From the NCBI GenBank assembly GCA_964625865.1, contig CAZVEV010000002.1:1-61029 (forward strand): a stretch of 61,029 bases of DNA. The letters are read 5' to 3'. Each line of letters starts with the position of its first letter. The stretch's first letter is position 1. Below, one piece after another: positions 37,355-46,571 of the stretch. Source of the stretch: an uncultured Planctomycetaceae bacterium (GTDB taxonomy: Bacteria > Planctomycetota > Phycisphaerae > SM23-33). Both the position numbers and the translations under genes were made by a program. Below the pieces are notes generated by a model that saw only the letters and a list, made by a program, of their open reading frames with translations, searched no databases and was not told where the DNA came from.

Positions 37355-39349
37355 TCAGTTCCGTCGCAGCGCCATCAGGGTCACGTCGTCCTGCTGGGCG
37401 TGGGTGCGGTACTGCTCGACGGTCTGGACGACGAGGTTGGTGATCTCTTCGGGGTTGGCGGTGGGGTTCTGGGCGATGATCCGCTCGAAGCGGTCGAGGC
37501 TGAACTGGCGGTCGGCGGCGTCGAGGGCCTCGGTCACGCCGTCGGTGTAGAGCACCAGCGAGGCCCCGTGGTCCAGTTGGACCGTCCGCTGGGTGTACTG
37601 TTGGTCGGCGAAGACGCCCAGGATCGGCCCGGTGCTTTCGGCCAGGCGGTGGACGTCGCCCCGGCCGCCAATGCAGGGCGGGTTGTGGCCGGCGTTGGCG
37701 TAGACCAGCTCGCCGGTCCGCGTGTTGTAGTGGGCGAAGAACAGCGTCACGAACATCGCGCGGTCGTTGTCGGAGGCGATGATGTGGTTGGCGCGGGTCA
37801 GCACGTCCTTGGGGGCCTTGCCCGAGATCGCCTGGGCGCGGAGGACCGTTCGCGTCATGGCCATGAAGATCGCCGCCGGCGCGCCCTTGCCCGAGACGTC
37901 GGCGATCACCAGGGCCAGCGTGTCGTCGTCGACGAAGAAGAAGTCGAAGAAGTCGCCGGCGACCTGCTTGGCCGGCACGACCATGGCGTGGAGGTCGAAC
38001 TCGCCGCGGTCCGGATACGGCGGGAACGCCTGGGGCAGCAGCGAGGTCTGGATATCGCGGGCGAAGCGCAGTTCGCTTTCGACGGCCTGCCGGGCCGCCG
38101 TCTCGTCGGTCAGGGCGGCGATGTGACGCTTCAGGTCGCTGACCATGGTGTTGAACGCCCCGGCCAACTCGCCGATCTCGTCCTGGCTGTCGATGCCTTC
38201 TGCCCGGACGTCGAGGTCCCCGTCGGCGACGTGTCGCACCACGGCGGCCAGCGTGCTGATCGGGCGCGTCATGCGGATCGAGACCAGCAGGACCATCGCC
38301 ATGATAACCCCAAGCCCGCCGAGCATGATCGACATGTTGCTTCGCAGTCGCTGGGACACCGGGTCCATGATCCGCGATTCGGGAATCACCGCCGCAAAGG
38401 ACCAGCCGGGACTCTCGACCGGGGAGAAGACCACCCAGTCGGTCTGCCCGTCTTGCCCGGGCAGTTTGCGGATCCCGCGAATGCCGTTGGCCATATCATC
38501 GGCCAGGTCGGACAGGGCCGGCTCGTCGTTGGACTCAGCCAGCGCGTAGAGGTTCTGCTTCATCTGGTATCGCTTCGATGGGTGGGCGACGAGCAGTCCG
38601 GCGTGGCTGACGAGCATGCAGTGGCCGCCCTCGAGCTTCGTGCTGTCGACGTACTGGCAGAACCGTTTGACGGAGATATCGAAGGCCACCACGCCGACGA
38701 ACTGCTCCTCGCGCATCAGCGGGACGGTGTATCGGCAGATGGGGGTCTGGCCCGCGGTTTTGACCAGTCGCGGCTCGGACCAGGCGGGCTGTCCGGTCGT
38801 GCGGGCGAAGGCGTACCAGTCTTCCTCGAAGAACGTCGGGTGGTCCTTGGCCAGGTCCCCGCGTCTGAAGGGCGGGGCCTTGCGGAATCGGGCGGCGGGC
38901 CCCTTGGCGGGTCTGGAGGCCGGCTGTCCGGGCTTGCGTCCGCCGCGCCCGGGCGCGGGGGCGGCCGGCTCGGTCTCGACGCGGTAGAAGTACTGTCCCG
39001 CATGGTTCGCATTGCCCGCAACGCCCGGCTCTATCGCGACGACCGCACCGAACAACAGCGGATCGCCGCTGACGCGTCGGGCGAGATAGAAGCTGCTCTG
39101 TCGCGGGGGCGTGAGGGTCTGTCGGTCAGCGATGAGGGTTGCTACGGCCGCCGCAGCCTGCTCGGCGGCGCGGAATCGCCCGTCGAGGCGCGTGGCGTGG
39201 TTTGAGGCGAGTTCCTTGAGGTGCTGTTCCGCCTGGGCCTGAGCCTGCCTCTTGCCCGTGGTGTAGTTGATCGCCAGCACGCCCAGGTAGACCGCCAGCA
39301 GGGGCAGGAGAATCGCGACTATCAGTTTTGTGCGTATGGATGTTCGCAT
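37355..39349 (-). CDS. sensor protein phosphatase: Cache-like periplasmic domain, HAMP, PP2C/SpoIIE
   Basis: N-terminal TM segment, ~300-aa extracytoplasmic region, second TM, HAMP-like region (PISTLAAVVRHVADGDLD), then a PP2C region (GDFFDFF, VIADVSGKG, YTDGVTEA). Confidence 0.85.
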   Translation of the reverse strand: MRTSIRTKLIVAILLPLLAVYLGVLAINYTTGKRQAQAQAEQHLKELASNHATRLDGRFRAAEQAAAAVATLIADRQTLTPPRQSSFYLARRVSGDPLLFGAVVAIEPGVAGNANHAGQYFYRVETEPAAPAPGRGGRKPGQPASRPAKGPAARFRKAPPFRRGDLAKDHPTFFEEDWYAFARTTGQPAWSEPRLVKTAGQTPICRYTVPLMREEQFVGVVAFDISVKRFCQYVDSTKLEGGHCMLVSHAGLLVAHPSKRYQMKQNLYALAESNDEPALSDLADDMANGIRGIRKLPGQDGQTDWVVFSPVESPGWSFAAVIPESRIMDPVSQRLRSNMSIMLGGLGVIMAMVLLVSIRMTRPISTLAAVVRHVADGDLDVRAEGIDSQDEIGELAGAFNTMVSDLKRHIAALTDETAARQAVESELRFARDIQTSLLPQAFPPYPDRGEFDLHAMVVPAKQVAGDFFDFFFVDDDTLALVIADVSGKGAPAAIFMAMTRTVLRAQAISGKAPKDVLTRANHIIASDNDRAMFVTLFFAHYNTRTGELVYANAGHNPPCIGGRGDVHRLAESTGPILGVFADQQYTQRTVQLDHGASLVLYTDGVTEALDAADRQFSLDRFERIIAQNPTANPEEITNLVVQTVEQYRTHAQQDDVTLMALRRN

Positions 39350-39521
39350 TCAGCGCTCGTGGCGTGTCGTCAATACGGGCCCCGCCGGACAATGGCGTCG
39401 CCCTTCCATTATATAACGCACGAGATGTCCCAACGTTGCACTCTTGCGGCCCGGCGGCGCCGCATGCATCATGGTGGCGTCGTTCCGGACCGCACCGATG
39501 GGCCTGATTCGGAGAACAGAT

Positions 39522-40544
39522 ATGACGCCCCGCGAGATCGTACTCGAACAGATCCATCACCGTCGGACACCCACCGTACCGTACACCCTCCGTTTCGAGG
39601 GCGATATTGACGAGCAACTGAACGCCCACTACGGCGGCGACGACTGGCGCGACCGCCTGACGACGTATATCATCCGCGTGGGCGCCGTCGAGACCAACGT
39701 CAGCGAACCGGTCGATGACGAGCACTTTCGCGGCGGATTCGGCGAGTTGTGGCGGTCGGACAGGAGGCCATGGCATCTCGAGACGCCCCCGCTTGCCGCC
39801 CCGACGCTCGACGGGTACGACTTCCCGACGCCCGAGAGCTTCTTCCGACCCGACTGGAAAGCCCAAGGCTTCGCCACCTGCGATGCGACAGCCGACACCT
39901 TCCTGATAGGCGACCTGGGCTGGGGACTCTTCGAGCGCAGTTGGACGTTGCGCGGCTTCGAGAACGCCCTGATGGACGCGGCGCTGAACGAGGACTTCTA
40001 CATCGAGATGCTCGATCGCCTGGTCGAACTGTACCTCGCGTTCGTGGACTACACCGTCGACCTGCCGGTCGATGCGATCCTGTTCGGCGACGACTGGGGC
40101 GACCAGCGAGGGGTGATCCTGGGCCCCGAGCGGTGGCGCAAGCTCATCAAGCCGCGCTGGGCGAAGATCTACGCCGCCGTCCACGATGCGGGGAAGATCG
40201 TGATGAGCCATTCATGCGGCTCGGTCGCCGAGATTATCCCGGACATCATCGAGATCGGCCTGGACGTGCTGGAGAGCGTCCAGCCGGAGGCGGCGGGGAT
40301 GAACCCCTACGAACTGAAGGCCCGGTGGGGGGACAAGCTGACGTTCTGGGGGGCGCTGGGCAGCCAAAGCACGCTGGGGCAGGGCACGAGCGATGATGTC
40401 CGCGCCGAGGTAGCCCACCTGTGCAGCGAGATGGCCCGCGGAGGCGGGTACATCCTCGCCCCCGCCAAGCCCCTCCAGCCGGGTATGCCCATCGAAAACG
40501 CCGTCGCCCTGGTCGAAGCCCTTGCGGAGATCACCCCCGCCTGA
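39522..40544 (+). CDS. uroporphyrinogen decarboxylase (URO-D) family protein
   Basis: Trimmed to MTPREIVLEQIHH. DDWGDQRG and HSCGSV motifs are typical of the URO-D/MtaA-like family. Confidence 0.7.
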   Translation: MTPREIVLEQIHHRRTPTVPYTLRFEGDIDEQLNAHYGGDDWRDRLTTYIIRVGAVETNVSEPVDDEHFRGGFGELWRSDRRPWHLETPPLAAPTLDGYDFPTPESFFRPDWKAQGFATCDATADTFLIGDLGWGLFERSWTLRGFENALMDAALNEDFYIEMLDRLVELYLAFVDYTVDLPVDAILFGDDWGDQRGVILGPERWRKLIKPRWAKIYAAVHDAGKIVMSHSCGSVAEIIPDIIEIGLDVLESVQPEAAGMNPYELKARWGDKLTFWGALGSQSTLGQGTSDDVRAEVAHLCSEMARGGGYILAPAKPLQPGMPIENAVALVEALAEITPA

Positions 40545-40724
40545 GCTGGATCGCTGAAGCGACCAGCCCGAAAGAAACCTGCGCGCGAGAGGGTTCGAAA
40601 GAGAACTTCGCGCGAGAGGGTTCGAAAGGGAACTTCGTGCGAGAGGGTTCGAAAGAGAACTGTGTGCGAGAGGGCGGACCTTCGCCCGAAGGGCGAATCG
40701 GGCTGGTCGCTTCAGCGATCCAGC
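40545..40724. repeat. REPIN-like composite hairpin, left flank of the RAYT gene
   Basis: The terminal arms GCTGGATCGCTGAAGCGACCAGC (40545-40567) and GCTGGTCGCTTCAGCGATCCAGC (40702-40724) are exact reverse complements. Four 27-bp tandem units occupy 40570-40677. Confidence 0.8.
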
Positions 40725-40761
40725 TCTGAGACGATCGCTCCTCACTGCCCGGCGAGCAGGT

Positions 40762-41367
40762 TCACCTCCGCACGCTTCTGCCCCGAGACTCCTGGTACCG
40801 CTTGTACGGGACGGTCTCCATGAACGCGCCGAGCTCCAGCGCGCGCCTGACCCCCGCCTCGAGTTCAATCCGCATTCGCGTGCCTTCAAACTCACGCCAG
40901 TCGTCGCCCAGGCCGTGTCGCCTGCACTGGGTCAGCGTGTAGCGATACGCACGCCGACACTGCTTCTCATCGCGGATGCACCCGTCGAAGTAGTCCTGGT
41001 GTCCGGCTTCTCGCCAGAAGCGCGTGCGTCGCTCGGGCAGGACGTCGTTGACGAGTTTCGCGACCGATCCGTGGATCCGCTGCATCATCCGCCCCAGGTT
41101 TCGCCCGTGTTTGCAGTAGCCCAGCACGTGGTAATGGTTGCCCACCAGCGATGTGACCCACGGGAAGAACTGGCAGGCGGAGGTGTAGTGTTCGAAACGG
41201 TCCCAGAAGATCGCCTGGGCTTGGGGCGCTGCAAACGCCATGTAGCGGTCCCTGCATCGCGCGGTGATGAAGTAGACCTGGTTGTCGACGTACCAGTGCT
41301 CGAAGCGGTGGTGTCCGTCGGTATGGTGGTCGCGCGTCGAGGAGCACTTGACGATGCGCTTGAACAT
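40762..41367 (-). CDS. REP-associated tyrosine transposase (RAYT) / IS200-like HUH transposase
   Basis: YFITARCRDR, HUH motif NHYHVL, FWREAGHQDYFDGCIRDE and the catalytic-Tyr region AYRYTLTQ. About 200 aa. Flanked on both sides by the same hairpin repeat. Confidence 0.7.
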   Translation of the reverse strand: MFKRIVKCSSTRDHHTDGHHRFEHWYVDNQVYFITARCRDRYMAFAAPQAQAIFWDRFEHYTSACQFFPWVTSLVGNHYHVLGYCKHGRNLGRMMQRIHGSVAKLVNDVLPERRTRFWREAGHQDYFDGCIRDEKQCRRAYRYTLTQCRRHGLGDDWREFEGTRMRIELEAGVRRALELGAFMETVPYKRYQESRGRSVRR

Positions 41368-41440
41368 GGAGGTCTCCCGCGTGATTGCTCTTGTTTGGTC
41401 ATTCCCACGTGATCACTGGCACTGGAACGCTCGGATAAGA

Positions 41441-41641
41441 GCTAGATCGCTGAAGCGACCAGCCCGAAAGAATGCTCCAGGCGAGTGGGTAGATCGTACT
41501 CGATATGCGCGGAGGGACAAGTCTGTTCCTGCAAGGCCTTCCCCACGTGCAGTTCTCCCTCCCACGTGCGGTTCCCCCCTGCGCGCAGTTGTCCCTCCCG
41601 CGCGCCGTTCTCTTTCGGGCTGGTCGCTTCAGCGATCCAAC
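41441..41641. repeat. REPIN-like composite hairpin, right flank of the RAYT gene
   Basis: Arms GCTAGATCGCTGAAGCGACCAGC (41441-41463) and GCTGGTCGCTTCAGCGATCCAAC (41619-41641). Four degenerate 17-19-nt tandem units occupy 41544-41616. Confidence 0.8.
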
Positions 41642-41763
41642 TCTTCCGTCCCGAACGCTGTATCGCGCGCGGTGATCCCCAGACGCTCTCGCCCGGTTGA
41701 CCCCTGCGCGCCAGATGATAGAATGCTCGCCGCGAATGCGGGGGCGGGAGAAGGGCTTTTCTT

Positions 41764-42930
41764 ATGGCGAAAACACGAATTGGACTGGTCGGATTCGGGA
41801 CGATGGGCGTTGCCCACAGCAGGTATCTGACCGCCGGCGAGGTCCCGGATGCGGAACTGACGGCCGTCTGCGACCTCAGCGAGACGAACCTGGCGCGGGC
41901 CAAGGACACGCTGGGCGACGCGGTGGCCTACTTCAGCGACACCGAGGCGATGTTCACCTCGGGGCTGATCGACGGCGTACTGGTGGCCACCCCGCATTAC
42001 TTCCACCCGGAGGTCGCGATCGCCGCATTCGCCAAGGACCTGCACGTACTGATCGAGAAGCCCGCGGGCGTTCACACCAGGCACGTCCGCGAGATGAACG
42101 AAGCGGCGGCCGCCAGCGGCAAGGTCTTCAGCATCATGTTCCACATGCGGACGCGCCCGATCCACCAGAAGCTCAAGGACCTGATCGACTCGGGGCAACT
42201 CGGCCGGATCAAGCGGTTCGGCTGGGTGGCCACCGACTGGTATCGTCCGCAGGCGTATTACGATTCGAGCTTGTGGCGGGCGACCTGGAAGGGCGAGGGC
42301 GGCGGCGTGCTGATCAACCAGTGCGCCCACGACCTGGACACGTGGCAGTGGTTGTGCGGCCTGCCGAAGCGTGTGCGGGCGTTCTGCAGTTTCGGCAAGT
42401 ATCACGAGTTGGAGGTCGAGGACGACGTGACGGCCTACGTGGAATATGAAAGCGGGGCCACCGGCACGTTCATCACGTCGACCGGCGAGGCGCCGGGGTC
42501 GAATCGGATGGAGATCGTGGGCGACAACGGCAAGGTCGTGATGGAAAACGACGAGTTGACGTTCTGGCGGCTCCGCACGCCCGAGCCGCAGTTTACCCGC
42601 GAGACGGAAAACGGCTTCTCCGAGCCGGAGTGCTGGCGCTGCGAGATCCCCGTGCGCAAGAGCGAGCCGGAGCACAAGAAGATCACCGCCAACTGGGTCG
42701 CCGCCATTCGCGACGGCGGGAAGACCGAGCTTATCGTCCCGGGGGCCGACGGCATCAACAGCCTCGAACTGTCCAACGCGATGCTCCTGTCGACCTGGAC
42801 GGACGCCTGGGTGGACCTGCCCGTTGACGCCGACCTGTTCACCGCTGAACTCCAGGACCGCATCGCCAACTCGACGATCAAGAAGAAGCCCCCCACGGGG
42901 AAGATCATGGACGTGACCGAGTCGTGGTAG
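41764..42930 (+). CDS. Gfo/Idh/MocA family oxidoreductase
   Basis: MAKTRIGLVGFGTMG Rossmann motif and the EKP motif. 388 aa. Confidence 0.85.
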   Translation: MAKTRIGLVGFGTMGVAHSRYLTAGEVPDAELTAVCDLSETNLARAKDTLGDAVAYFSDTEAMFTSGLIDGVLVATPHYFHPEVAIAAFAKDLHVLIEKPAGVHTRHVREMNEAAAASGKVFSIMFHMRTRPIHQKLKDLIDSGQLGRIKRFGWVATDWYRPQAYYDSSLWRATWKGEGGGVLINQCAHDLDTWQWLCGLPKRVRAFCSFGKYHELEVEDDVTAYVEYESGATGTFITSTGEAPGSNRMEIVGDNGKVVMENDELTFWRLRTPEPQFTRETENGFSEPECWRCEIPVRKSEPEHKKITANWVAAIRDGGKTELIVPGADGINSLELSNAMLLSTWTDAWVDLPVDADLFTAELQDRIANSTIKKKPPTGKIMDVTESW

Positions 42931-42947
42931 ATTGTCGTTATCTCCAT

Positions 42948-43130
42948 GTTTAGCGGTCGATCGTCAGATCGACGTTCGTCGTACGACAACGCATAGCGTG
43001 ACGCACGGGTCGGATCGACATTCGTCGTTTGGACGATGAACGTCGCGCGAACGACGAGCGTCGATCTGACGATCGACCGCTAAACGTGGAAGAAACGACA
43101 ACATAGTGTTAAACGTGGAGTGAACGACAA
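42948..43130. repeat. family A MITE-like element
   Basis: The arm at 42948-42987 (GTTTAGCGGTCGATCGTCAGATCGACGTTCGTCGTACGAC) pairs with the inverted arm at 43057-43088. It is followed by two AAACGTGGARNRAACGACAA units. Confidence 0.7.
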
Positions 43131-43218
43131 GTTTGCTTGCAATCCCGGGCGATTCGGGCATGATAGCGGGACACTGAGGTCACGTCCGGTGGGGGGCGGG
43201 CACTATGGATTACTCACC

Positions 43219-44400
43219 ATGACAAAGAAGACGGTTCGTACGGGCATTGTCGGCTCGGGTTTCTCCGCGTCCTTCCATTTCGAGGCGATTCGCAAGGTCT
43301 ATGGCACGGACGTGGACGTGCGGGGCGTGTTCTCTCTTGATACCGAGCAGGCGGCTGAGTACGCCCGGACGCGAGGGATTACGCAGTTCGAGAGCCTTGA
43401 GGCCATGCTCGATGAAGTGGACGTCGTCCACGTGTGCACCACGGCCACCTCGCACGAGGCGGTGGCCGTCGAGGCCCTCGCCCGCGACACGTTCGCCATC
43501 GTCGAAAAGCCGCTGACGGGTTACTTCGGCGATGGCAGCGACGACTTCAACGGCGAGACGTGCGACAAGACGGTCGCCCAGGCTGCGGCGCTGGACAGCG
43601 TCCGTCGCATGCTGGCCGCCGAAGCCGACAGCAAAGGGCGCATCCTCTACGCCGAGAACTGGGTCTACGCCCCGTCGATCCAGAAGGAGCGCGAGATTCT
43701 CGAGAAGACCGGCGCGCAGATCCTCTGGATGCACGGCGAGGAGGCCCACTCCGGCTCGCACGCGGCGACCTATGCGTACTGGAAGTACTCCGGCGGGGGG
43801 GTGATGATTGGCAAGGGGTGTCATCCGCTGACGGCGGCACTGTACCTCAAGCGCGTCGAGGGCAAGGCGCGCGATGGCAAGCCCATCCGCCCGGTGGCCG
43901 TCTCGGCCCGCACGCATGCGATAACGCGGATGGACTCCTTCCGCGACGAGGGCCACATCCGCTCGAACTACCACGACATCGACGACCTGTCGCTGATGCA
44001 CGTGGTGTTCGCCGACGGCTGCGTGGCCGACATCTTCGCCTCGGACATCGTCCTGGGCGGGATCCACAACTGGCTGGAGGTCTCGACCAACAACCACCGC
44101 TCGATCTGCAACATCAACCCGAACACGGCCATGCAGACCTACAACGCCCTGGAGACGAACTTCGCGGACATCTACACCGTCGAGAAGATCGGCACGAAGC
44201 AGGGCTGGACGTGTGTCTCGCCGGACGAGGACTGGTTTACGGGCTACCCGCAGGAGATCGAGGCGTTCTACCGGGCGGTGGCCTACGGTGACGAGGTCGA
44301 GAGCGACAGTTCGCTGGCCGCCGACTGCATCGCCACCACGTACAGCGCGTATGTTTCTGCCGAGAAACGCGGCGCCGAGGTCGCGGTTGAATCACTGTGA
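43219..44400 (+). CDS. Gfo/Idh/MocA family oxidoreductase
   Basis: Trimmed to MTKKTVRTGIVGSGFSASFH. Has the EKP motif. Confidence 0.85.
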   Translation: MTKKTVRTGIVGSGFSASFHFEAIRKVYGTDVDVRGVFSLDTEQAAEYARTRGITQFESLEAMLDEVDVVHVCTTATSHEAVAVEALARDTFAIVEKPLTGYFGDGSDDFNGETCDKTVAQAAALDSVRRMLAAEADSKGRILYAENWVYAPSIQKEREILEKTGAQILWMHGEEAHSGSHAATYAYWKYSGGGVMIGKGCHPLTAALYLKRVEGKARDGKPIRPVAVSARTHAITRMDSFRDEGHIRSNYHDIDDLSLMHVVFADGCVADIFASDIVLGGIHNWLEVSTNNHRSICNINPNTAMQTYNALETNFADIYTVEKIGTKQGWTCVSPDEDWFTGYPQEIEAFYRAVAYGDEVESDSSLAADCIATTYSAYVSAEKRGAEVAVESL

Positions 44401-44484
44401 GGCACTGGCCGGGCCTGACGGCGCCGGATCGCGAGATCAAAGAGCACCTGACAGAGAACCCCTGGATAGAGAAGGAAGGCTGAC

Positions 44485-46494
44485 ATGGCAGAGAACCAGA
44501 TCACCGACGGCGGCGCGACGATGTCGGACGTCGAGCACGCACGGGCGGTATTGACCGAGGCCCGGGGCAAGGGCGCACTGGCGAAGCTTGGAGCGTTCGT
44601 CAAGCTCTCGGGCCCGGGCTGGCTGCAGAGCGCCATCACGCTGGGCGGCGGGTCGCTGGCCAGCAGCCTGTACCTCGGCGTCCTGGGCGGGTTCGCGCTG
44701 CTGTGGCTTCAGCCCCTGGCGATGATCATCGGTATCATCATGCTCAGCGCGATCGGTTACGTGACGCTGTCGACCGGCGAGAGGCCGTTCAAGGCGATCA
44801 AGGAGCACGTCAATCCCGTGCTCGGCTGGGGCTGGATCCTGGCGACGCTGATGGCCAACTGTGTCTGGGCCCTTCCGCAGTTCGGGTTGGCCTTTGGTTC
44901 GATGAGCCAGAACCTCATGCCCGGTACGTTCGGGGAAGGGGCCATGGACCCGGACCAGGCCAAGTGGATCGTCTCGGGCTCAATCGCCGTCCTGTGCATC
45001 ATCATCGTCCTGTGCTACGACGGCGGGGGCAAGGCGGTCAAGTTCTTCGACATCCTGCTCAAGGCGATGGTCGCCATCATCGTCGTCTCGTTCTTCGGCG
45101 TGGTGGTGTACATGTCGGTCAAGGGCGAGTTGAACTGGGACAAGATCGGCAACGGCCTGATCCCGGACTACCGCCTGTTCTACACGCCGGCGTCCTCGTT
45201 TGACGGTCCACTGGCGGCGGTCGGCGCATCGGTCCAGGGGTTCTGGACGACGATGATCGTCAACTCGCAGCGCGACGTCCTGGTGGCTGCGGCAGCGACG
45301 GCGGTGGGCATCAACATGACGTTCCTCCTGCCGTATTCCATGCTGAAGCGCGGCTGGAACAAGGATTTCCGCGGGCTGGCGGTGTTCGACCTGTCCACGG
45401 GCCTGTTCATTCCGTTCATCCTGGCCACCGGCTGCGTGGTCATCGCCTCGGCGTCGCAGTTCCACACCGTACCCGCCGTTCCGTTCGCCGCCGAAGACGC
45501 CGCGATCGCCATCGCCGCCGCCGATTCGCCCGACGCCGAGAAGGTCGAGGAACTCGTGGGCGCCGCGTATGGCGACTGGCTGATCGACGAGGGCAAGGAG
45601 GCCTTCGTCAAGGACGCCTCCGCGAAGGTCCTGGCCGAGGTCACCGACGCCCACTTCGCCCAGCACACTGCCCAGGAGAAGCACAGCCACCTCGCGGCCC
45701 TGCTGAACAAGGCGGCCGAGGGCAAGATGCGGAAGGTCAACAAGAAGCTCGTCGGCGCGTACAAGGGCCTGGCCCTCAAGCGAGCGGCCGAGAGCAAGAC
45801 GTACGCCGCCGACCTGAAGGCCCTGACGAAGCAGCTCGGCGACGAGGGCAAGGCCAAGGACGCCATCGTCGCGGGCCTGCCGCTGGCCGACAGGAAGATC
45901 GCCGCGATGCTCGTCAAGCGCGACTCGATCGACCTGGCCCGCGCCCTGTCGCCGCTGACCGGTGACGTGGTGGCCAACTACGTCTTCGGCATCGGCGTGG
46001 TGGGCATGGCGATCTCCAGCATCATCATTCTCATGCTGATCAACGGCTTCACCGTCTGCGAGATCTTCGACAAGCCCTCGCACGGCTGGCTGTATCGCTT
46101 CGGCTGCCTGATCCCCGCGGTGGGCATCCTCGGGCCGTTCATCTGGTCGCAGGCCGCACCGTACCTGGCTATTCCCACCTCGGTGATCGCCTTCATGGTC
46201 ATCCCGATCGCCTACGCGACGTTCGCCCTCCTGCTGAACCAGCGGAAGCTGCTTGGCGATTCGATGCCCCCATTCCTGCTTCGCTGGATATGGAACCTGC
46301 TGATGTTCGTCGGCGTGGTGGCGGTGACCATCGGCAGCGTGTTCATGGCCTACAAGAAGACGCAGGGCCTGCCCGGCATCTGGGGCGGCGGCTGGGTCGG
46401 CCTGGCCGGCGTGGGCGTGTTCATCCTCCTGGTCATCATCGCCCAGATCAAGATGAAGAAAGTCCCGATCGGCGAGCCCGTTCCCGAAGAATAG
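44485..46494 (+). CDS. Nramp-fold (APC superfamily) membrane transporter lacking canonical metal-binding motifs
   Basis: An LSGPGWLQSAITLGGGSLAS segment aligns by eye to the Nramp GPGFL..DPGN region. The protein is multi-TM with a ~150-aa hydrophilic insert. Confidence 0.7.
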   Translation: MAENQITDGGATMSDVEHARAVLTEARGKGALAKLGAFVKLSGPGWLQSAITLGGGSLASSLYLGVLGGFALLWLQPLAMIIGIIMLSAIGYVTLSTGERPFKAIKEHVNPVLGWGWILATLMANCVWALPQFGLAFGSMSQNLMPGTFGEGAMDPDQAKWIVSGSIAVLCIIIVLCYDGGGKAVKFFDILLKAMVAIIVVSFFGVVVYMSVKGELNWDKIGNGLIPDYRLFYTPASSFDGPLAAVGASVQGFWTTMIVNSQRDVLVAAAATAVGINMTFLLPYSMLKRGWNKDFRGLAVFDLSTGLFIPFILATGCVVIASASQFHTVPAVPFAAEDAAIAIAAADSPDAEKVEELVGAAYGDWLIDEGKEAFVKDASAKVLAEVTDAHFAQHTAQEKHSHLAALLNKAAEGKMRKVNKKLVGAYKGLALKRAAESKTYAADLKALTKQLGDEGKAKDAIVAGLPLADRKIAAMLVKRDSIDLARALSPLTGDVVANYVFGIGVVGMAISSIIILMLINGFTVCEIFDKPSHGWLYRFGCLIPAVGILGPFIWSQAAPYLAIPTSVIAFMVIPIAYATFALLLNQRKLLGDSMPPFLLRWIWNLLMFVGVVAVTIGSVFMAYKKTQGLPGIWGGGWVGLAGVGVFILLVIIAQIKMKKVPIGEPVPEE

Positions 46495-46522
46495 GCGCAC
46501 CGGTGCGACATAGCGCAAACGT

Positions 46523-46563
46523 CCGAAGCCCGCGGGTGCATGCATCCGCGGGCTTCGGTGTTT
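46523..46563 (+). terminator. rho-independent terminator after the transporter gene
   Basis: 13-bp stem CCGAAGCCCGCGG / CCGCGGGCTTCGG with loop GTGCATGCAT, followed by TGTTT. Confidence 0.6.
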
Positions 46564-46571
46564 GATGGGAG

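Larger units (their letters stand above)
40545..41641 (-). mobile_element. RAYT gene plus flanking REPIN-like hairpins
   Basis: Layout is hairpin element (40545-40724), transposase (40762-41367), hairpin element (41441-41641). It sits between the URO-D-like and oxidoreductase genes. Confidence 0.65.

Noticed and set aside
40570-40677. The 27-bp tandem units could be a CRISPR array.
   Set aside because: The units are contiguous with no spacers. There are only four, they are degenerate, and they lie inside a larger hairpin. No cas genes are nearby.
40212-40895. ORF 40212-40895(-) with a repeated SLSNPLAR peptide.
   Set aside because: The periodic peptide is simply the translation of the 27-bp DNA tandem array. 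The ORF also runs antisense through the 3' end of the URO-D-family gene.
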